Below, in pieces: positions 51,740 through 64,000 of a stretch of 64,000 nucleotides of DNA (the stretch's first letter is position 1; every line of letters begins with the position of its first letter). The position numbers were made by a program, and so were the translations under genes. This DNA comes from Vicugna vicugna (lineage: Eukaryota), in contig MU058065.1 of assembly GCA_013265495.1 (NCBI GenBank), positions 2,023,003-2,087,002 on the forward strand. The letters are read 5' to 3'. A model generated the notes under the pieces. It did not search any database and was not told the DNA's origin. It saw nothing but the letters and a program-made list of their open reading frames with translations.

Positions 51740-52210
51740 GTAATTACACCCATGTTCAGAGCAGCTTTTTTCACAATATCCAAAGAAAGGAAGTGTCCGT
51801 TGATGGTTGAATGGGTAAACAAAACATGGTACATACACACAATGGAATGCGGTTCAGCCTTAGAAAGGGAGGAAATTCTGACACATACTACAAGAAGGTT
51901 CATCTGAAATTTGAGGCAGTTATGCTGGGGGAAACAAGCCGGTCACAAAAGGACAAATACTGCATGATTCCACTTACAGGAACATAGTCAGATACGTAGA
52001 GACAGAAAGTCGATGCTATTTGCTGGGGGCTGGGAGGAGGAGGAAATGGGGAGTGGTTGTTTAATGAGTGCAGAGTTTCAGTTTTGCAAAATATTCCAGG
52101 GATGGTGTATAGCAATAGTTGCACAACAATGTGAATATACTTAATGCCTCTGAATTGTACACTTGAAAATGGTTAAGGTAAAATTTGTTATTTTGCCACA
52201 ATTAAAAAAA
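51740..52210 (+). mobile_element. L1MB-like 3' end
   Basis: acccatgttcagagcagc..ggacaaatactgcatgattccactta..aattgtacacttgaaaatggttaa, A tail. Confidence 0.85.
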
Positions 52211-52308
52211 ATCAGATAAGCAAGCAAGCTAAAACCCAGAGGTCGTTACTATAAAAACTAATTCTGATGTCTTTCTTGATTTATTTTTAATTCATGTTTC
52301 TTGTTCTT

Positions 52309-52395
52309 TTTTTTTTTTTTAATTGAAGTGGAGTCAGTTTACAATGTTGCATCAACTTCTGGTGTGCAGCATAATGCTTCAGTCATACATATCCA
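52309..52395 (-). mobile_element. Extremely 5'-truncated young L1 (about 87 bp)
   Basis: PolyT + aattgaagtggagtcagtttacaatg; perfect TSD tcatgtttcttgttctt at 52292-52308 and 52396-52412. Confidence 0.85.
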
Positions 52396-53948
52396 TCATG
52401 TTTCTTGTTCTTCTTCATTCTTATATTTGTGTAATTAATCTAAAAAAACTTATCATTAAAGGTAATTTCATCCATAATCGCACAGGTATCCGTAAAGCTC
52501 ACGAGTTTTAAATTTTTCTGTGGGTTGTTTTTTTCAGGGGTGCATTTTTATTTTTTGCTTAACATTGAAAGATGATACTTTGCATTCTGTTTCCAAAACT
52601 AGTCCTCCATGTATTAATTTACAACTTTTCCTTATGCTCTTCATTTCTAGGGGCCAGAGGACATTTTATTGAGCTAGTATGCCCTTCTTTGCTGACCTAC
52701 TTATCTTGGGAGGAACATTTTTCATTGTTTCTTGTTTTGTTTGCTTTTGTAATTCCAAATCATGACCGTCAGCATCTTGAATGTGTTTTAAATACAAAAC
52801 AGAATGGGTTTTATAACCTAAAGATTATTCATTCCTGACCTCATCTGAACAGAACTGAGTTGGTCAGCCTCCTCAGCTTACGACAGATCATCAGTTTGAG
52901 TGTGGCTATTTGAATTAAAAAATTTTTATTTCTTCCTTCATTTATGAAACCTAGTCTCCTTTTTCTTTCTCTTCTCATGTGGTTAACGTACACACTTCCT
53001 TCCTTGTATTTACGTGTCTGCATAGGCCTCAAATGCACAGTGCTCCATGTTTTGAAAAGCTTAACTTGCTTTGTGATTTTGGCTCCTTTAATCTCTTTTG
53101 GTTCCTTACTTTGTCACTCAACATGGTATTTTTGATATCTATCTACGCAGCTAAACATGAAGCCTATTAAGCCCTTCTAAGCACTGCATAGAATTCGATT
53201 TTATTCACAGTTCATATTTGGATGGACTACCTGTGTGTCCAGCTCTTTGCTGCTGAAAGCTCTGCCTTGCCCAGCTCACCAGCTGACACCTCTCTTTGCA
53301 CTTGTGGGACAGGTTTTGTTGGCAGGTGATGGGGTGCTTGCTTGCAAGCCTTTCAGGGCACCTGCAGCCTCAATTTCAAGAATGCTGGAGATTATTCTCC
53401 AACAGTTGTGCACGCAGGTGCTCCCACCAGCCGTTTCCCAAGGCTCCTATTCTCCAACATCCTCTCCAGGGCCTAGTGTTCTCCAGTATATCTAATCATT
53501 GACAACCCGAAGAGTATAAAATTGCGTCTGGTTTTGTTTTGATGTGCTTTCCTCTGAAAATTAGAGAGTGAGACCTCACTCTGGTTAGTTCTTATGTGAA
53601 TTATCTATTAATATCCTTTGCCCTTTAAAAAAATTTAGGTTTCCTATCTCTTTCTTGCTGACCTACAGGAATTTCTTATATATTCTAGAAGTACTGAATC
53701 TGACTTAATTCCTTCCTAGTCTTCCTAGAAATGGGCTAATTAAACTGTGATCAGTCTATACTCGGATATGCTGACACAGAGGTTAGGTATAGTTTCTTGA
53801 TCACCAATTTGCTTTGATGGCTCTAGTTCGATTCTTCATTACTCTCAAGGCTTGGTCTGTCTCGGCAGTCACAATTCAAAGGTCCTACTAACAGTGTCTG
53901 AGATGAGGAAAGCCTCTTTCTCAGTAGCTCCAGCAAAAACCAAGGGCC

Positions 53949-54034
53949 CATGGGAGGAAGTTATAACTCAGTGGTAGAGCATGTGCTTAGCATGTATGAG
54001 GTCCTGGGTTAAATCCCCAGTATCCCCATTAAAA
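53949..54034 (+). mobile_element. tRNA-Ala-derived SINE
   Basis: tataactcagtggtagagcatgtgcttagcatgtatgaggtcctgggtt; TSD aaaaaccaagggcc / aaaaatctagggcc. Confidence 0.8.
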
Positions 54035-55279
54035 AAAAATCTAGGGCCAAGATCTCATTGGCTTATGCTGTACTTCAGACCTTTCCTGACGAGGGAACGG
54101 AATACTCTAATTGACCAGGTCTTGAAAGTAATTGCTATTTGGCATGTCATTAAGTGGCAAAAAGACACTTCGTCCTTTCATAGAATGCAATTCTGTAGCA
54201 ATACATAAATAAATAAGTACATATATATCATTGATACATATATATTCTTATTCTGATAATAAGAAATTTCCCATTGATCCCCCATCCCATTAAATAAATA
54301 CGTACTGAATTGGATCAAAAGCCTTTTGGCATCTATAAAGATGGCAACTTGATCTCTATATCCACCTTGATTTATTAACATGCCAAAATACATTGTTTTA
54401 TTTCCTAAGGGTAAATTCCTATAAATAAGGTACCTGGTATCTGCAGGCCTTTGAAAAGACAGCACATTCTTAGGTTTCAGTATTTAAGGGTTTGGTGCAT
54501 GTTAATTAGATGTGCAGTGCTGTTGGGGGATTTAGGGCTTCTCTTTGTTTGTCTGCTTGCCCACTGTTTCATGATCTGGAAGAGGGGTTTTAGTCTCCTT
54601 TTGCTGATGTGCTTTTATTTCTATTCATGTTGCCCGGAGAGTTTTCTCTGTGCATTTTTGATTCAATGTTATTTGGTGCACAGGTAGGCATAACTGTAAG
54701 ACCTGCCTTGAAGACTGTTATCACTCATCCCTATAAAGCACTTTCCTTGGCTCATTTAAGGTGTTTGTGCCTGAATTCCACCTTGCCCGATGTTATGACC
54801 ACGACTCCTTCTGTTTCTCCTTGTCTGCATTTATGTCGATGACCTTTGTCCCTTCTTGGCTTTTCCATCTTTCTGAGTTGAGTCCCCATTTACATACATT
54901 ATTCTGTTGGACTCTGCTTAGAATCCCATCCAAGAGCTTTACTTTTCATAGTAGATGTTAATCTTGTTACACTTTTGATTTGACCAATGCATTTATCTTA
55001 GTTATAGCGTGTCATTTGTTTTTTGTTTTTTTTGAACACTTCCTTTATTTTAGTGTATTTCACTAGGTGAAATGCTGTGTGTTGGGGTGGGAGCATGCTC
55101 ACGTGCACACATCTAGAAATTTGAAATTTTTTCTTTTGATTTTTCTAGGGAATATTTTAACTATAATTTTGTGAACTATATTTAATCTTTTAAATCTTCC
55201 GTTGTGGCTAACTTTCCATTATGATAAAATTAGTTTATTCCACTTTTCCCCTTCTCTTCCTTCTTCCTTCTACCACCTG

Positions 55280-56220
55280 ATTTTTTAAAAAGTTTTTATT
55301 ATGAAAAAGTTGTTCCCCATGTACACGTCACCCAGGTCCAGAAATAATTAAATCTCAAATTAAATCTCATTTCATGAATACCTGACTCATGTCTCCTCTC
55401 CTGTGTTAACTTAGAGCAAATTCAATTCATCACACCTTTTTTTCCTTCAAGAATTTTAGTATGTATTTCTAAAAGACAAGAACCTAAAATATTTAAATAA
55501 ATATTATTGTTATGCCTAAAATAACAATTTAGGCAGGAGCAGATTGGAAGTGACCACACCTGAGGGGGGAATTAAATAGTGGTTGTGAGATAGCTGTTCA
55601 GTCAGGGTTAAGTTTTTCATTTCCTATCATATATGATATAACATTTTTGTTTAAGTATAGATTAAAATAATCCACATATTTCAATATGTTGCTATATGTC
55701 TTAAGTCTCTTAATCTGTAGGCTCTCAGCTCCTTCATCTGTCTCTCTTTCTGTTCTTCTCTTTTGATTTTTGAAGACCCTGGGTTATTTGTCCTGTAGAG
55801 TTTTCCACAGTTTGGATTTTGCCAATTGCTTCCTAGCGTCATAGTTCAACATGTTTCTCTGCTATCTATAGTTCTATAAATAAAAATATTGGTAGTTGAA
55901 TCTAGAAGACTGATCATATTCAGATTCTTATTTGGGGTGGGTATTGGTGGTGGCAAGATGACTTGACAGATGGTGGCATGTGTGGGCTTCCATAAAGAGA
56001 TACATAATATCTGAATGTCTCTTTCTAGGATGTTAGAAGTTGTTGATGCCCAACGCTTAGATCTATTAACTTACTGGGGCTTGAAAAAATGATATTCTAA
56101 TTTTCTTCTTCTTCATTTACTAGTTGGAATACTTCTATAATCATCTATTATTTGGTTCCATGGTGGCATAGTTTGTATCAGAAAGACAGGATAAATGCTT
56201 GACTCGTTCCCTTTATTGAA
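55280..56220 (-). mobile_element. L1MC4/5-like 3' region fragments
   Basis: ttagtatgtatttctaaaagacaag..tcctgtagagttttccacagtttggattttgc..cagaaagacaggataaatgcttga. Confidence 0.6.
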
Positions 56221-56425
56221 TAGATCTTAAAGGGACACTGGGAACAATTGCTTTAGAATATTACATAATCACTCATTTGAATTAAAAGTGCAGTAGTTTG
56301 ACTTTATAGATTTTATGGGCTAAGTCCTAAGGATACATACACAGGGTCACCCACTTATCAGAAACCACAAACAAATTACAGGGCTTGGGGAGTAAATGAC
56401 CTAAGAGAACGTTTTCTTCTTACAG

Positions 56426-56890
56426 AGCTACTTCACTCATGGTAACGTCTATAGACCTGGAACCTGGCATTTCTAATGATTTAAGGGGAGCTAGCTGCCG
56501 CATGGATTCATGTTACTGACTGATACCTGGGTTACATTTGCCAGAAGGCTGGATGCCCTCTGCTTGCTTCTAGAACATGGATTTTTTTGGACACAGCCAA
56601 CCAATGGAGTGAGTTAGGAGCTTTCTTTTTGTGACGTCCTTGTTGCTCTTGTCTTTCTCTCTCTCTCTTCTTTTCTATGCAATTTAAACTCTTAATGTGC
56701 TCATCTTTTAGGAAGCTGAATATTTGCGAATCAAATCATTAAGAAAAAATTGTAGGTAGACAGTGGAGATGGGGTGATTTTCTTGATAAAAAGATTCACC
56801 TGAAGTTTCTTCTGAATAAAATGTAAGCCTCCTGTACTATAATTGCATGATAAAATTTTTAGATTTTCCTGAACATATCGAAGCAAAATG
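56426..56890 (+). pseudogene. Cluster of three small exons (56426-56441, 56712-56751, 56863-56890): ATSLM / EAEYLRIKSLRKN / YFPEHIEAK
   Basis: Acceptors ttttcttcttacag, catcttttag and aatttttag; donors gtaacg, gtaggt and gtatac. Phases 2-0, 0-1 and 1-2 join without stops. Confidence 0.4.
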
Positions 56891-57435
56891 GTATACCTGT
56901 TAATTTCTTTCCTGCTCCGATGGACTTTTAAAACCATGAAAATGACTGTCTCCGTGGAAGGAAGGGTGACCTGTTAGTTAAAACAACTCAGTGGTAACTG
57001 ATGTCCCACTGAGATCCAGCCTCCAGTGGCAGAGCAAGAAGAAAGAACAAGAGGCCAATTTTTGCTCCCTGTGTTTTTGTTTTTGTCATTTGAAAGATAT
57101 ACCTTCAGTTTTCTCGCTTATAATTATACACTGTTCATTGCAAGAAGTCAAGCAAATAGAATGGAGTTTAAAAAGTGCCTCTGCAGGTAATGAAAAAATC
57201 TAATGGAATGTCAAAGCCTTTTATTCTCATTTAAGTAGGAAGTAAGGATTGCTTTTTACAATCCTGAGAATGTGATTAGTGTCAGTGAAGTGATATCTTT
57301 ATTATATAAGGCATAATTCTTGGGATCATTTATCACGACAGACCAATAATTACCAACCTCTTTCTAGATGTGACTCAACAAAAGTGATTTTGGATTCTAA
57401 GTCATTTAGCTCTTGGCTCTGAGGCAGCGTTCCAG

Positions 57436-57715
57436 TGTAGGAGAGGAAAATACTCCTTTCCCTTCTGCCCTCCTGAGTTCTCCAGCAGGGTCCTGTAACA
57501 TTAGACTGACAAAAGACAGATTAGCCAGAGAGCAAAGGAGAGAAGTTTATTAGCATGTGTACTGTGCATGCACATGGGAGTCCCCAGAGCTGAGGAATTC
57601 AAAGCGATGGTTAGAAATTGGGCTGATATAGCATCTTAACAAAAATCAATACATCTTTTTAAGAAGTGACAAGACCAAAAAAACAAAGGACTTTGAGCTT
57701 CTAGAGTTACATGGC
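57436..57715 (-). mobile_element. ERV1 LTR fragment (MER31/MER67-like)
   Basis: tgtaggagaggaaaata..gactgacaaaagacagattag..aagtttatt; followed by an MLT1J-like fragment to about 58065. Confidence 0.55.
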
Positions 57716-58280
57716 AACTCTACAGATGTCTGAGACCCAGGCCACTTCGAGTTTTCTCATGTGACCAGTACGATGAGGACCTCATCTTCATGGTCTGGGA
57801 TGCAGCCCTGCCATCCACATTCCAAGCAGCAAGAAAGAAGGGACAATAGACTTCTACCAGCTGTCTTTTAAGGACACTTCTTGAAAGCTCGCACACAGTA
57901 TTTCCAGTTATATTCTATTGGCTTGAACTTAATCACTAAGTCCATGTTTGGCTGCAAGGGTGACTAGCTTATGGAATGTTTATTCTGGGCAGCTGTGTCC
58001 CCAGCTAAAATTTAGGGGGGTTATTACCTAAAGATGACAGAGAGAATAGATATTAGGGGTGAATTAGCAAATTCTGTGATGGCTTCCCAGCAGTGGAATT
58101 CCTGAGCCAAGCTCTATTTTTTGTCTTTTAAAGCCCTCATTATAAGAGGACAAATTGCTTTTAGAAAGGTTCTGTCAATCAATACTTCCACAGGTGGCAC
58201 ACAAGAAAGCCTTTCTTTGTCACATCCATGCCAATACTGAGTGCTGTCATCCAAAGTAAAAATCTTTGCCGATTTGATAG

Positions 58281-58678
58281 TGTCCCTGAGTCCAAGTTTG
58301 TACTGTTTGCTGCAAGACAGGTCAATAAATTGAGAGATGAGTTGTTGGGGCAAGGAATAGTGAGAAGATGGTGGACTAGTGTCCCAAAGAACCATTTTAC
58401 CCCAGTTAGGTTTCAGGCTTCTTTTATACTAAAAGGGGAGGGGATAAAGTCCTGGTTCCAGCCAGACTCTGGAGAAGATGTCTTAATGTCTTCCTGCCTG
58501 CAGCCATTTACCCGTGGGCCTGTTCAGGATGTGAGATAAACACAGGTATTTTAGCTGAACGCTCATTACCAGAGAGGCAGAGTTCCCAGAGATGAGCCAT
58601 TATATCTAATTTAAGTTACAGGCTACATCCTGTTAGTGATTAACTTGTAACAAAATACAAACTTTCTTTCCTATTATG
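58281..58678 (-). mobile_element. ERV1 solo LTR with 4-bp TSD, inside an old L1 fragment
   Basis: Flanked by ATAG (58277-58280 and 58679-58682); reverse TATA (ttttata) about 58422; L1 sequence resumes after the TSD. Confidence 0.7.
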
Positions 58679-59034
58679 ATAGGAGGAAAAATATCTCATT
58701 TATATTTGCATTGTTTTGATAATAAAAAAAGCTAAACATTTTCATATACTTGCTGGCCATTTGTATTTACTGTGAGTATCCTAACTCTTTGTATACTTTT
58801 AAATTAGTATTCAGCTATATTTATAGTCATAACACAGCATTACATGGTTTAAATTGAGAGCATCGAGGGAGGGAGATTTTTCCTCCTAGTAACTGGGATT
58901 TTTAAAAAAAATCCTGGGTTTATAGGAAGTCTTCTTATGGAAGAAACATCATTAAAGAGTAACTAAATGTCACATTTTATTTAGTTTTCTTTTGATTGAG
59001 GGAACAGATTCTAATATGGTTTTGTCTGTTGCAG

Positions 59035-59122
59035 CAGGAAAACTGGAAAGAATGAAAAACGGCATGAAGTACCATTAACTTCAAGTTTTCTTAATTCACT
59101 GGAAAGAGTTAAATCACTCTGA
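59035..59122 (+). pseudogene. Putative last coding exon: (C)RKTGKNEKRHEVPLTSSFLNSLERVKSL*
   Basis: Acceptor tttgtctgttgcag; phase 2 entry; tandem stops TGA TAA; AATAAA downstream near 59649 and 60472. Confidence 0.35.
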
Positions 59123-61789
59123 TAATTTAGCCCTTTCAAAAATGGGCGACTGTCTGAGTCAGGGTGGTAATTTGATGGCTATGGTTCAGCTCAGTGTATG
59201 AGCAAATGTCACCATATGGATGAGCCAGGCACTTGAAATCCTTCACAATGGTGACAAGAGGAAATGACATCATGTAAATGAGACTTCAAAAAAAATGATA
59301 GTGGTTATGGCTAGTTCCTGCATTCACGTCTCTCTGTCATCCAGATTATCCTAATTAAATTTTCAAGGGGGGCCTGGTATCAGTGTGCTTTTAAAAATGT
59401 GCTTTTTAAATTTTAGAATCAGGCTGATGGTAGGCAGCTTATTGGGCTGTTTTGCTTTCATACACAGAGTGTATTTGTGCTTTATTTGTAGAAATCTGAG
59501 CACTTCCCTCCTCTTCTGCCTCAGCAGCAGGTAAAGAGTAACGACATTGTCACCATCCAGATGGCAGAAGCAGAGGACAGGAAGCTCGCCAGCGACACAT
59601 GGGTGGTGTTTGGTGGTTCTTACCAGGGTCCTTCGCGGTGTGGTTGGGAATAAAATATCCCTCCCTGTTTGCTGCAGCCTTGGGCACCAGCCCATGGCTC
59701 CAAGCAAAAGTTAATCTTTGTAGTGGGTGTGACAACAATCAACAAAGTTTCTGGAAGTGACCAAATCACCTTAACAAGTGAGCCATTAACTCACAGGGTC
59801 AGCGTAGCTTGGGTTGGACCTATGCCCATCCCCCACGATACATTCCACTAGAGCATCCGGACCAAGCTGTTGTCCGTACCTGCAGATCTGATGAGTGACA
59901 GCTTCTTCATGGGGGGTAATGGTAAGAGGAATCTCAGCTATTGATTTGAGAGTGAACGAAGCCATGATTCAGCTATTTCCAAAGAAGTAAAGGAAAACCT
60001 CTTATTGATGGAGGAACAAAATGTCCTTTTCAAAGTTGCCTTCAATTCTCTTTCCAACTATCTGACTTGTTGATAAACCATTTATAATTAATATCTTTAG
60101 AATTTTCCTGTGTGGATAAATACTTGATTGACAGTTTGAGTCTCTGCATACATGCTCCTGCTAAAATGAGTCAGGTATAAAAATTCTACTTGATCACTTT
60201 TTTTTTTCAACCAAACAAAACAAAATGGAACAACCAAAACCAAACAACAAACAAGCCCAGAGATACATTCGGGTAAAATTTGCTCAAATATTTGAACTTT
60301 GCAAAGGTGACAAAATATTCACTCACCATTCCAGTTCAGGTTTCTGTAACTTTGATATAATCACGTGTGGTCCAATAACTCTGAAAGCTGAGGCATTTCT
60401 CTCCTTGCCTCTTTTAGAGAGTAAAGCCATGTTCCAGTTGATTCATAGATCAGGATTGGCAGAAAATGGTCAATAAATCTCTATTTGCTAGTGATTTCTT
60501 GGTGTCCTGGCAAAATCATTTAGTTTTACATTTTTTTATTAAAGATTTGCCATCTTACCAAAAAAAATGAGAAAACTGCAAACTTAAAAGAATTACATTC
60601 TATAAATGAATGCAACTAAACTATAGCAAATGCACTGGCTTATTACCACTTTTATCATCATTGTTTTACATTCTTAGAGTACATTGAGGAAGTCTGGAGG
60701 TTTATGGCCATTAGTAACCACAAACACCCAGAAGTAGAGAAAGAGATTTCAGACATCATAATGGAGACACTGAAATATCTAAAAAGCTTTACAAAGCTTA
60801 CAGTCAATTTCACATGAGTGAACTGTTTAGTGTGTGAGAGGATCTGTGCTGAAATAGTCCAGTTTTTACTTGAATTTCACACCATTAATGTCGCTTCTTT
60901 AAGTTAAATCTACGTATCTGGGAAGAAAAGATGTGTACAGTTTGATTCCTTTTGGATATTATGTGACATATTTTTACATCATATGAAAGGGGTCTGGGAC
61001 CACTGTGAAAGCTTGTAAGTCTGGTGGGGGTGGATATCAAAGAAACAGACTGTGGGCTCACAAAGGACAGCGAAAGGTGGGTGTCTTCACTGGGGTCCGT
61101 AGGCAGCCAAGGGAAAGTACAAAATACTCATCCTGGAGAAGGAAGATCAACCAAGAGAAGGGAGACCCTGAGAATGAAGCTGGCCACTGCTGTGAACCAA
61201 ACAATGGTGAAGCTTTCCCAAAGATTTGGACAGCCAAGACATAATGGGGTACTGGAGCATTTCAAGAACCCAACCAAAGTGTATTTATATTTAGATTTTT
61301 TCCCCCATTGAATAAGGAAATCTTTGCTGTTCTAGAGCTAGACTAGAGAGTTCCATGGTAGTGGTGGAAGTTCTTTTTTGAAAATAGAAGAGTTCTCTGA
61401 AAAGTGAATTTGGAAAAAGAAGATAATCTATAAATGAAGGATAAGAAATGATGACATTTGTCTTTATCTCAAAGAATGGAAGAATAGATACAGTGGGAGA
61501 CCGGCATCCAAAGGCATCATTTGGTTTTATTTTTACTCTAAGTACTTTTTACTCTGACTGTCAGTAATCTTGGTGCTTACATTAGAGAAAAGGAAGGAGG
61601 TGATGAACAATTTATCAGGCCGATTATTAAAGAAGAGGGAGGTGAAGCTCGGGAATTGTCAGAGGGCCTGCTGGGAGGAATCGCAATTTTGCATGAATAT
61701 CTCATATTAACCATACCTTCATTTACACGAATGTCTCCTATAACCATTCCTGTGGCTCTCAGATAGTAAATTCTGGTGATGATGAAATT

Positions 61790-61807
61790 TACCAGCAGGG
61801 GGTGCCA
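61790..61807 (+). promoter_or_regulatory. CTCF-like motif
   Basis: ACCAGCAGGGGGTGCC. Confidence 0.45.
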
Positions 61808-64000
61808 TCCCCTCAAATTTCCTTTCCTGGACCTTAAAGGTCATCTCAAAGGCTTTAGGCCTCTGCAGACAAGTATAGGCTAATTGTAAGTTCATCAAAT
61901 AACTGAATTCTCTTGGTCTTGGTATTATCTAGATTGGGTATCATCCTTATGAGATGGGAGCTCTGACTTTCATCCCCATCTGCTCTATTTTGTGCTATGA
62001 TACTCTACTCCAGGCAACTGGCTCTCAAGTGACCACCTTTGCCACAAGGGGACAGAAGACCATCATGAGAATGGGCTCATAGCACTCCAGTACCTTTAAT
62101 GGAAACCATCTCAACACATATGTCTGCCAATGGAAAGCTGAGACATTTGTTTTCTTTGAATCAAAACCATTTAAATTTTTATTATGTTTATAGATTTTAA
62201 ATGCTGTTTAAAGAAAAAGGTCTTTAAACTTTAACTCATCAGTCAAATTTTACCTTCAGATGGTAGAATTAAGGCACGGCATACTTGCTGTTACATATTC
62301 TAATGTTCTGTTAACTTGTTAGCAGATAATTTTTTGAAACTTTTCAGTTTGGTTCACATCCCTGTTCATGTTCTTCGAGTTCATCAGTCCGCAGTAGGGA
62401 CCTCCTGGGAGACTTGGCCGTTTGTTCCAGGCTGGTCCAGGCAATGGGGGCTGCTTGAGCCGAGACTTGCAGGGAAGTCACCATTGGCTGCAGCCTTGAG
62501 CCTGGCCCGATGTGACTGCTAACGCTAGGGACACAGCTGCCATGGCCCCGTCTGCTTCCCTGCCCAGGAACTGAGACCCATAACCCTGCAGGCTCAGCAG
62601 ATCCCCTGGCCCAGTGGTCCGGCTGTGACCCCAGCTCCAAGAGCAGACCAGGAGCAATAAGAACTGACCAGGCTTCCAGAGCCCAAGCTCCCAAGCTAAG
62701 ACTACCTGCCTCTCGATCCCTCCCTCCCCGGACCCCCACTGGAGATGGAATCTGATTTAAGCTTTTACCCATCAGAGCCCTCTAGGTGAAAAAGCAGCGG
62801 CAGGGTGCAGGAGAGCTGGACTCCAGGCCTGGCTATACCTGCATGTCCTAAGCAAGGCTCTGCCCCTGGCCTCGTCCACACGGAGGCCCTCAATGGGGCT
62901 GACTCTCTCTATGGGTCTAAATGAAACCCTCTTAGCTCTTCTCCATCCTGTTCATTATTTCCCTTCACTGCCCCTTCTACCCTTTCTTTCTACTCCCTTC
63001 TATTCTGCCAGCCTTTTCTTTCTTTGGCTATAAAATACTCAGGAGCTCATTCTCAGCCCTGGATGAGGTTAGATTCTAGGCTACTTCAAAAAATACAGGG
63101 CTCTACCCTCTCCTCGCCCACCACAGACCTGCTGGGTTAGACGTAAGTACTTCTAGAAAGCTCCTGAGGCCGTTCTGGTCGAGAACTACTGAGGGCAGGG
63201 AGTAGCTTCAGGAGGAATGTAGTCCTTGGAAAAGGGAGGCTTAAATATTAAGTAATTAATAAATTATTAAAATTACTAAAGTTAAATAATCAAAGCAAAT
63301 AATAAATAAATAATAAGATAAAATAGAATTAAAATTAATAAAAATAATAAAGGAAAGGTAACCTGGAAGCTGGCAACAGGGAGAATTAAGAGTCTTCTCC
63401 CCACGGATAAAAACTGGCAGGGATGTCTTTTTCTTTGATGTTGTTTTCTCTTTGATTTTTTTTTCTTTCTTTTCTTCCCTTCTCCTTCTAAAAGGAGAGA
63501 AAGTGTGGAATGAACATCAGGCTGAAGGAGAAGGGTTGGGAAGCGCTGGGGAGACTCAGTTAAGACGGGAAGCTGAGGATTGCAGGTATATGATGAGTCC
63601 TGGCCTCCCAGCGTGGGCCCTGGCAGCCCAGACTGGCACCACAAGGGAGACTGCCAGTGGCGGAGCATCTGTTTCAGGTCCTGGAAAGTATCACCAAGTC
63701 ATAGCTGTTCTTCTCAGAAACTCCCACTCCTTCTGGTATTGCAAAACCCTTTGCCTTTAAAACCTGGCCTTTCCTAAAGTCCCCTCCTTCCAAAATGATC
63801 CCTTCCTTCTGCTCCCCAAAGAAGAACGTATTCCCTGAGACCTAATAACAGACAAGGCGTAAGAACCTTGATTTGACGTTTGCGATCAGTTTTTCTTTGC
63901 CTGCCAGGAGGTACCAGGGGTGTAGAGATAAATAAATGCCCCTGAATGTTAGTATCTTACTAGATGTAGATAAATTAAACTGTTTCAAAATCTTGATTAT

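Larger units (their letters stand above)
15441..59122 (+). pseudogene. Candidate unprocessed pseudogene of a divergent DH-PH (RhoGEF, PLEKHG7-like) gene; 13 exons, 445 codons including stop, 8 internal stops
   Basis: Exons 15441-15622, 20939-21078, 30642-30755, 31653-31829, 33232-33292, 38545-38739, 40716-40875, 48588-48660, 49026-49160, 56426-56441, 56712-56751, 56863-56890 and 59035-59122 have AG acceptors (and GT donors for internal exons) and matching phases. They total 1335 nt from ATG 15515. The translation has collinear DH/PH-like motifs (SERDF..LESLV..FM..FR; LLQKY..FKIH..Y; L.I..IQP; WFFDKYRVLDQL..PP; YLFYGR; VQLFLGD; LRIKSL). Confidence 0.65.

Noticed and set aside
15441..59122. Assigning the symbol PLEKHG7 (or PLEKHG5/6) or calling an intact CDS
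   Set aside because: Similarity is motif-level only, far below orthologue identity, and the frame has 8 stops.
59492..59530. 39-nt AG/GT exon (KSEHFPPLLPQQQ)
   Set aside because: It lies after the proposed stop and I could not join it in frame; it may be a UTR or further exon, unresolved.
1..64000. Six-frame ORFs of 60-176 aa as stand-alone genes
   Set aside because: They are short, often have non-ATG starts, mostly lie in repeats or low-complexity DNA, and only L1 ORF2 fragments are recognisable.

Overview
Mammalian genomic DNA, very likely camelid, judged from tRNA-Ala-derived Vic-1-type SINEs and young L1 3' ends. It is dominated by interspersed repeats (MaLR/ERV LTRs, L1, L2, MIR, MER DNA transposons), and none of the six-frame ORFs is a credible single-exon gene. 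The main non-repeat signal is a + strand chain of 13 AG/GT-bounded exons (15441-59122) that splice with consistent phases into a 445-codon frame. Its translation resembles, in collinear order, a DH (RhoGEF) + PH protein of the PLEKHG5/6/7 type. It is far too divergent to be the orthologue of any of those genes and carries 8 in-frame stops but no frameshift in my model. I read it as a candidate unprocessed pseudogene of a divergent RhoGEF-like gene, with a CpG-enriched promoter-like region at about 3.7-5.1 kb. The protein-family assignment comes from recalled sequence and needs an HMM/BLAST check. Also present: an intronic tRNA-Phe(GAA) with a compensatory acceptor-stem change, four CTCF-like motifs, an RFX X-box, and young L1/SINE insertions with clear target-site duplications (TSDs). 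Repeat family names and most old-repeat boundaries are approximate and were assigned by eye.
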